A DNA stretch of 64,000 bases from an uncultured delta proteobacterium (lineage in GTDB: Bacteria > Desulfobacterota > Binatia > DP-6). Positions within the stretch are counted from its first letter, which is position 1. Each line of letters starts with the position of its first letter. Where the stretch lies: NCBI GenBank assembly GCA_963815115.1, contig CAWFFN010000009.1, positions 544,001 to 608,000 on the forward strand. Reading direction: 5' to 3'. Below the pieces are notes generated by a model. It had not been told where the DNA came from. It searched no databases and worked only from the letters and a program-made list of their open reading frames with translations. A program made the translations under genes and the position numbers. This document shows positions 58,372 through 64,000 of the stretch, piece by piece.

Positions 58372-61185
58372 ATGATGCGCGCTGTCATCACGCTGCTCCT
58401 CGTAGGATCGCTCGCCGGGGCGGCCGTGGCCGCGACCGGCCGCGACCTGCGCGGATGCTATAGCTTCTCGGATACGTTTGCGCCGTTCGCGAACGACGCG
58501 CCGGTCATCGACTTCGTGGACATCTCGACCACGGGGACACGGCTCACGCTGAGCGACGACCAGGTGAGCGCGCCCATCCCGATCGGCTTCCCGTTCGAGT
58601 TCTTCGGGCGGGGGCAGTCCCAGGTGTCGGTGTCGGCCAACGGCTTCCTCACCTTCGCCGATGTGCCGCCACCCAGCAGCGGCTGCCTCTGCCAGCCCCG
58701 GAGCCTCCCCGATGCGCGCGTGCCGAACGGCCTGGTCGCCGGCCTGTGGAAGGACCTGAACCCGGGCCTCAGCGGCTCGGTCCTCTACCAGACGGTCGGC
58801 ACCGCGCCGAATCGGCGTTTCATCGTCGAGTTCAGCGTCGTCCCGGATTTCCTCAACCCCGCCGTGCTCAGCACGTTCGAGATCATCCTGTCCGAGACCA
58901 GTAACGACATCCTGGTCCAGTATCCGCAGGGGATAGCGGACCCGACCGCCGCCGAGGGGCTGGAAGACACGAGTGGGAGCTTCGGCCTTGCCTGGCCGCC
59001 CGCGAGCTTCGCGTCGGGACCTGCGGCCGTCAGGTACGCCGCGGTGCTCACCGACACCGATCAGGACGGCGTCGTCGACTGCATCGACAACTGCCGCCTC
59101 GAGCCCAACCCCGACCAGAGCGACGACGACGGTGACGGAACGGGCGATGTCTGCGACCTCGACGGCCCGGCCTTCACGGTCAGCCCGGGCGTCGACGGTA
59201 GCGCACCCGACGTCGCGTTCGACACGGCGGGTAACTCGGTCGTGGTCTGGGACGGCCCCATCGACGGCGACGACGTCGGCGTCGCGGCCCGCTGGTTCGA
59301 CCCTCAGGCTGCCCCGCTCGGCACCATCTTCCAGGTCAACACCAGAACCGACCGCGATCAGACCGGGCCCCGTGTGGCCACGAACCCCGCCGGCGGCTTC
59401 GTCGTGGCGTGGGGCAGCACCGATGCCGGCAAGAACCTCTCGAGCGTCCGGCTGCAGCTCTTCGCTCCCGGTGGCACGGCCCTCGGCCCCGAGCTGTTGG
59501 CTGGCGAGAGCACGTTCGCGGCCACGTTCCCCGCGCTCGCCGTGGCTCCGGATTCGTCGATCGCCGTCGCCTGGGGCGCGCGCGTGGAGGTGCCGCGGCG
59601 TTATCCCGTGGTTCTCCAGCGCTACGACGCCGCGGGCCAGGTGCTGGGACCGCCGCTCACGCCCAGCCAGGTGGACGACTTCGGCAACGACGAGCCCGAC
59701 GTCGCCTTCGGCCCGGCGAGAGACTTCCTGGTCGTCTGGCGCGGTGACGACGGCAACGAGCTGTCGATCCAGGCGCGGCGCTACGACGCAGGCGGCAACG
59801 TGATCGGCCCGCCCGTTCTCGTGTCCCCGCTCGACCTCGGCAACGGGCTCCCGCGCGGGCCGCGGCTGGCGGCGAGCGGCAGCAGCTTCGTCGCGACCTG
59901 GTCGGGTCAGGGCCGGCGCGGGACCGGTACCGGGAAACCCCGGGTGTTCCTGCAGCGCATCATCTCCGGCGTCCCCACGCTGCCCGACGACTTCGCGCTC
60001 GAGACGCCGCTCGCCAGCACCGTCACGGATCCCGACATCGCCGACGCCGGCTCGGGCACGCTGCTCGTCGTCTGGGAGCAGGACGGCCGGATACTCGCGC
60101 AACGCGTCACCGCCGACGGCCGCGCCCTGCAGCCGTCCTTTGCCATCAGCAGCTCCGGCGATGCCACCGCCGAGCACGCAGCCCCGGCCGTCGCGGCCAC
60201 ACCGGAGGGTGACGCGGTCGTGGTCTGGCGCGACACGCATACCGTCTTCGACGGGCCGAAGCCCGGACCGGCGACCGACATCAGGGCCCGCGCGCTGCGC
60301 CTGTGCGGCAACGGCAACGTCGATCCGGGAGAACAGTGCGACGACGGCAACCGCGATGCGGGCGATTGCTGCTCGCCGTCCTGCCAGTTCGAGCCCACCG
60401 GGCAGGCGTGCGACGATGGCCGCTTCTGCTCCGTCGGCAGCGTGTGCGACCAGGGTACCTGCGCCGGCGGCGTGCCGCGCGACTGCAGCGATGGGAACGC
60501 GTGCACGGCCGACCGGTGCGACGAATCGACGGCGCAATGCGTGAACGACGGGTCGCTGCTGAACGGCCGATCATGCGACGACGGCAACGCGTGCACGAGC
60601 CAGGACGCGTGCAGCGCGGGGAGCTGTCTGGGCACGGCGGTCACCTGCGACGACGGCAATCCCTGCACCACGGATGCGTGCGATCGGGTCGCGGGGTGCA
60701 CGTCGGCGTTCGCCGATGGAGCCGCATGCGACGACGGCGATCAGTGCACGGACGCCGACGCGTGTCGGCAGGGCGCGTGTGCCGGAACACGCGTCTGCGG
60801 CGCCGACGTGCCCGGAGTGACGGGAGCGGGCGGGGGCGTGCTCACGGTGACCCGCAAGGGCGTCGTCAAGGTCTCGTGCCTCGGCCCGCAGCAGGCGAAG
60901 TGCCGGGGGATACTGCTCGCGACCGACGCGCTGGCCGGCGTGAGCGGCAGCAAGCCGGTCGCCGGCGGCCCGCTCTCCAAGGCGCGGCAGGCGCGCATCG
61001 GCCGCCGCGGCGCGACCGTCCTGAAGCTCAAGCTCACCCGCGCGGGCCGCTCGGCGCTCGCCGCGTCGCCTGTCGGTCGGCTCCCGGTGCTGGTGGACAC
61101 GACGGTGATCGATCGCGGCGGTGGCACTCGCGAGGCGACGGTCCAGGCGGTGCTCGTGGGTGCCCCGAAGCGTGGCGGCCGCTAG
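58372..61185 (+). CDS. Tandem paralog of 55772-58336
   Basis: Shared [66 protein letters not shown]. Confidence 0.82.
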   Translation: MMRAVITLLLVGSLAGAAVAATGRDLRGCYSFSDTFAPFANDAPVIDFVDISTTGTRLTLSDDQVSAPIPIGFPFEFFGRGQSQVSVSANGFLTFADVPPPSSGCLCQPRSLPDARVPNGLVAGLWKDLNPGLSGSVLYQTVGTAPNRRFIVEFSVVPDFLNPAVLSTFEIILSETSNDILVQYPQGIADPTAAEGLEDTSGSFGLAWPPASFASGPAAVRYAAVLTDTDQDGVVDCIDNCRLEPNPDQSDDDGDGTGDVCDLDGPAFTVSPGVDGSAPDVAFDTAGNSVVVWDGPIDGDDVGVAARWFDPQAAPLGTIFQVNTRTDRDQTGPRVATNPAGGFVVAWGSTDAGKNLSSVRLQLFAPGGTALGPELLAGESTFAATFPALAVAPDSSIAVAWGARVEVPRRYPVVLQRYDAAGQVLGPPLTPSQVDDFGNDEPDVAFGPARDFLVVWRGDDGNELSIQARRYDAGGNVIGPPVLVSPLDLGNGLPRGPRLAASGSSFVATWSGQGRRGTGTGKPRVFLQRIISGVPTLPDDFALETPLASTVTDPDIADAGSGTLLVVWEQDGRILAQRVTADGRALQPSFAISSSGDATAEHAAPAVAATPEGDAVVVWRDTHTVFDGPKPGPATDIRARALRLCGNGNVDPGEQCDDGNRDAGDCCSPSCQFEPTGQACDDGRFCSVGSVCDQGTCAGGVPRDCSDGNACTADRCDESTAQCVNDGSLLNGRSCDDGNACTSQDACSAGSCLGTAVTCDDGNPCTTDACDRVAGCTSAFADGAACDDGDQCTDADACRQGACAGTRVCGADVPGVTGAGGGVLTVTRKGVVKVSCLGPQQAKCRGILLATDALAGVSGSKPVAGGPLSKARQARIGRRGATVLKLKLTRAGRSALAASPVGRLPVLVDTTVIDRGGGTREATVQAVLVGAPKRGGR

Positions 61186-61218
61186 GAATCGGCCCGAGAA
61201 TCCGTCTCGGGCGCTCGC

Positions 61219-61404
61219 CTAACGTCCGGCGAGCTTCTTCAGCTCGAAGTCGAACAGCTCGAGCGTGCCGCCGTCGTCGAGCATCACGCCGTACTTGCAG
61301 GCACCGTTCGAGGCGACGAGCCGTTCGGTGACGACGCGTCCGTGACGCCCGTCCGGTACGGTCACGACGTCGCCCACCGCGATGCGGCCTGCCGGGGGCT
61401 CCAC
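61219..61404 (-). CDS. Small SH3/KOW-like beta-barrel protein
   Basis: IAVGDVVTVPDGRHGRVV...YGVMLDDG....LFDFEL; GGGAG SD; downstream of the dehydratase. Confidence 0.55.
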   Translation of the reverse strand: MEPPAGRIAVGDVVTVPDGRHGRVVTERLVASNGACKYGVMLDDGGTLELFDFELKKLAGR

Positions 61405-61424
61405 GATCTACTCCCGCGCCGGCT

Positions 61425-62258
61425 TCAGGATGCGACCTCCGCCGCCGCGCCCGTCAGCACGGCCTCGCCGCGCTCGGTCTTGGCGGTGAGGACGATCTTG
61501 CCGGGCTCCACCTGCCACATGTCGGTGGTGATGGTCTCGCCGGGGAAGACCACGCCCGAGAAGCGTACCTCGAAGGACCTGAGGCGCTCCGGATCGTCGT
61601 CGCACCATGCCGAGAGGACCGCGCGGCCGGCGTACCCGTACGTGCACAGCCCGTGCAGGATGGGCCGGTCGAAGCCACCCATGGCGGCGAACTGGGGATC
61701 GGCATGCAGCGGGTTCATGTCGCCCGACAGGCGGTACAACAGGGCCTGCTGGGGCAGCGTCTTGTAGGCGATCGACTTGTCCGGCTTGCGATCGGGCGGG
61801 ACGTTCTTCGCTCCGCTCGGCCCGCGATCGCCGCCGAACCCGCCCTCGCCGCGCACGAAGATCGACGAGGTGGCGCGGAAGAGCAGCCTGCCCTTCTCGT
61901 CCACCGACTCGGTCCCGACGACCACGACGGCGCCCTTGACCTTGTCGTAGACCGCCTTGATGCTCGGCGTGGTGACCACGGTGCCCTCGGTGGGAATCGG
62001 GCCGGGCACCTCGATGGCCTGCTCGCCGTGCAGCACCATCGCGGGATTCACCTGCATGGCGCCTCCCAGGTTGAGCATCGCGGGGAACGACGGAATGACG
62101 GCGAACGTGGGCAGGACCTTCAGGTCACGCTCGTAGGTGAACCGGAGCTCGTCGGTGCCGCAGCCCACGCCGAGGGCGTAGAGCATGACATCGCGCTGGG
62201 TGTAGCTGTGCGTGACGGAGCCGAGCTTCTTGCCGACGGCGCTGAGATCGATGGGCAT
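61425..62258 (-). CDS. MaoC-family double hot-dog (R)-enoyl-CoA hydratase (MFE-2-like)
   Basis: LYALGVG, LPTF, LHGEQ, YRLSGDMNPLHADP, PILHGLCTYG; GAGGAGG SD. Confidence 0.92.
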   Translation of the reverse strand: MPIDLSAVGKKLGSVTHSYTQRDVMLYALGVGCGTDELRFTYERDLKVLPTFAVIPSFPAMLNLGGAMQVNPAMVLHGEQAIEVPGPIPTEGTVVTTPSIKAVYDKVKGAVVVVGTESVDEKGRLLFRATSSIFVRGEGGFGGDRGPSGAKNVPPDRKPDKSIAYKTLPQQALLYRLSGDMNPLHADPQFAAMGGFDRPILHGLCTYGYAGRAVLSAWCDDDPERLRSFEVRFSGVVFPGETITTDMWQVEPGKIVLTAKTERGEAVLTGAAAEVAS

Positions 62259-62319
62259 CGCGGTCCTCCTCGAAGGGCGCGAAGGTCACCCCATTTGACG
62301 GCTCAGGTCAAGGGGACCT

Positions 62320-63087
62320 ATGGGGACCGACGTGTCGATCGAGCTGCGCGGGAAGAGCGTCGTCGTGACCGGCGCCTCGAGCGGAATCGGCGTTGCGACG
62401 GCGCGAGCGTTCGGTGCGGCGGGTGCGCGCGTCGTGCTCGCCGCACGACGCGCCGACCGGCTGCGCGCGCTGGCGGAAGAGCTCGGCGCCTCCGGAGTCG
62501 AGGCGGCGGTGGTGGCCACCGACATGCGCGTCGAGGAGCAGGTCCTCGCGCTGTTCGCGCATGCCCGCGAGCGCTTCGGCGGCGTCGACGTCCTGGTCAA
62601 CAACGCCGGGCTGGGCCGCGGAGCGCCGCTGTCCTCGGGATCGACCGCGCAGTGGCGCGAGATGCTCGAGGTGAACGTGCTGGGGCTCTCCATCGCGACG
62701 CGCGAAGCCGTGCGCGACATGGAGCGCCGCGGCGCCGCCGGGCACGTCGTGCACCTGTCCTCGATGGCCGGGCACCGCATCCCGGGCGCCGGATCTGCCA
62801 TGTACGCGGCCACGAAGTTCGCGGTGCGTGCGCTCACCGAAGGACTCCGCCGCGAGCTGCGCGAGCGGCAGAGCCCGATCCGCGTGAGCTGCGTGTCGCC
62901 CGGCTACGTCGACACCGAGTTCGCGGCGGTCTTCTCGGGCTCGGCGGACGCGCCCGCCGAGCTCACCCGCCGGCTGAAGGTGCTGGAGCCGGATGACGTC
63001 GCCGCGACGATCCTGTGGCTGGTCGAGCGTCCGGCGCACGTCGAGGTGCACGACGTGCTCGTGCGTCCGACGGCGCAGAAGAACTGA
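62320..63087 (+). CDS. Short-chain dehydrogenase/reductase
   Basis: TGASSGIG, NNAG, SS..G, YAATK, VSPGYVDT. Confidence 0.93.
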   Translation: MGTDVSIELRGKSVVVTGASSGIGVATARAFGAAGARVVLAARRADRLRALAEELGASGVEAAVVATDMRVEEQVLALFAHARERFGGVDVLVNNAGLGRGAPLSSGSTAQWREMLEVNVLGLSIATREAVRDMERRGAAGHVVHLSSMAGHRIPGAGSAMYAATKFAVRALTEGLRRELRERQSPIRVSCVSPGYVDTEFAAVFSGSADAPAELTRRLKVLEPDDVAATILWLVERPAHVEVHDVLVRPTAQKN

Positions 63088-63091
63088 GCGC

Positions 63092-63812
63092 GTGGACCTG
63101 CGCGCTCTCCTGCGCGACGCTCCGCCCTTCCACCTGGACGAGGGGCTGCGCCCCCGTTCGCTGCAGGCATCCGACGAGGTGCTGGAGACCATTGCCGCGG
63201 CGGTGCAGCCGGGCTGGCGGACGCTGGAGACCGGCGCAGGGTTGAGCACGGTCGTCTTCGCGCTGCGCGAGGCCCAGCACGTCTGCATCACGCCGGCAGC
63301 GTCCGAGGTCGAGAAGATCCGCGACTACTGCGGATCGCGGGGCATCGCTCTGGACCGGGTGACGTTTCACGTCGAGCGCTCCGAGCTGGTGCTGCCCCGC
63401 CTGGCGCTTCCCGAGCTCGACCTGATGCTCATCGACGGTGGCCACGGCTTCCCGACGCCGTTCCTCGACTGGTTTCACGGCGCCGGGCGGCTGCGCGTCG
63501 GGGGCCTGCTCGCTCGTCGACGACATCCAGCTGTGGACGGGGCGCGTGCTGCGCGACTTCCTCGTCGAGGAGCCAGGCTGGATGTTGCGCGACGAGTTCG
63601 CGATGCGGGCGGCGGTGTTCGAGAAGACGGCGCGCTCCCCCGCCCTGCCGGAGTGGTTCGCTCAGCCGTTCGTGCGACGCCGGAGCCATCCCGCCGGTAC
63701 GCTGAGGCACGCGATGCTGAAGGCCTGGCGGACCGTCCGGCGCGGCAAGCGTGGAGGACGGACGGCGGCTGCTCTCACGAATCGCGGCGGTCGCGCCGAC
63801 CGACACGATTGA
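63092..63812 (+). pseudogene. Class I SAM methyltransferase with one +1 frameshift near 63512 (probably a sequence error)
   Basis: Frame from GTG 63092 gives TLETGAGLSTVVF...LIDGGHGFPTPFLDW...LRVGGLL; it continues as LVDDIQLWTG in the frame of ORF 63438-63812. Confidence 0.75.
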
Positions 63813-64000
63813 CGGGTGTCCACGCCGGGGGGTCGCTCGCGGGGAACGACTCCTCCGATGCTTCCTCGACCTCGTCCCCGGCGGGTGGGTCCGGAGGACG
63901 TGCGGGCGGCTCGCGCTCCATGCCCCGAGCATCCGCTCGGAGCGAGCGGCGTCAATCCCGTGCTGCGGGCGTCTCAGGCGGCGAGCCGGCGCCGCTCTCG

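Overview
A 64 kb high-GC chromosomal window with no rRNA, tRNA or CRISPR that I can see. The many secreted Cys-rich proteins with poly-Thr linkers, the double CaiB CoA-transferase and the WS/DGAT suggest a Ca. Binatia-like (Desulfobacterota/Myxococcota-related) bacterium; this is an inference. (i) DNA-damage tolerance genes: polB, and an imuA-imuB...dnaE2 cassette split by an ~8.5 kb block. Both halves carry the same upstream TTGACR-N17-CGAAAC / TTCG-N7-TTCG element. dnaE2 holds a 423-aa LAGLIDADG intein plus a cluster of frameshifts. (ii) A large set of domain-shuffled secreted proteins. Three tandem ones each have their own sigma54 (-24/-12) promoter placed so that the predicted +1 falls on the start codon. 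(iii) A GT2/methyltransferase pair with three paralogous GT-C-like membrane proteins. (iv) Two copies of a nested-hairpin MITE/BIME-like element at gene junctions, one with CTAG flanks. (v) A vapBC-type TA pair, amtB, an adenylate cyclase-ATPase-TPR protein, an elaB/yqjE/yqjK-like operon, LOG + RNase II-like genes, and lipid or redox enzymes. There is also a candidate ~200-nt structured RNA and a sigma54-linked 27-aa membrane peptide. All calls are from motif recognition by eye; no searches were run. Several start codons were re-called relative to the ORF track.
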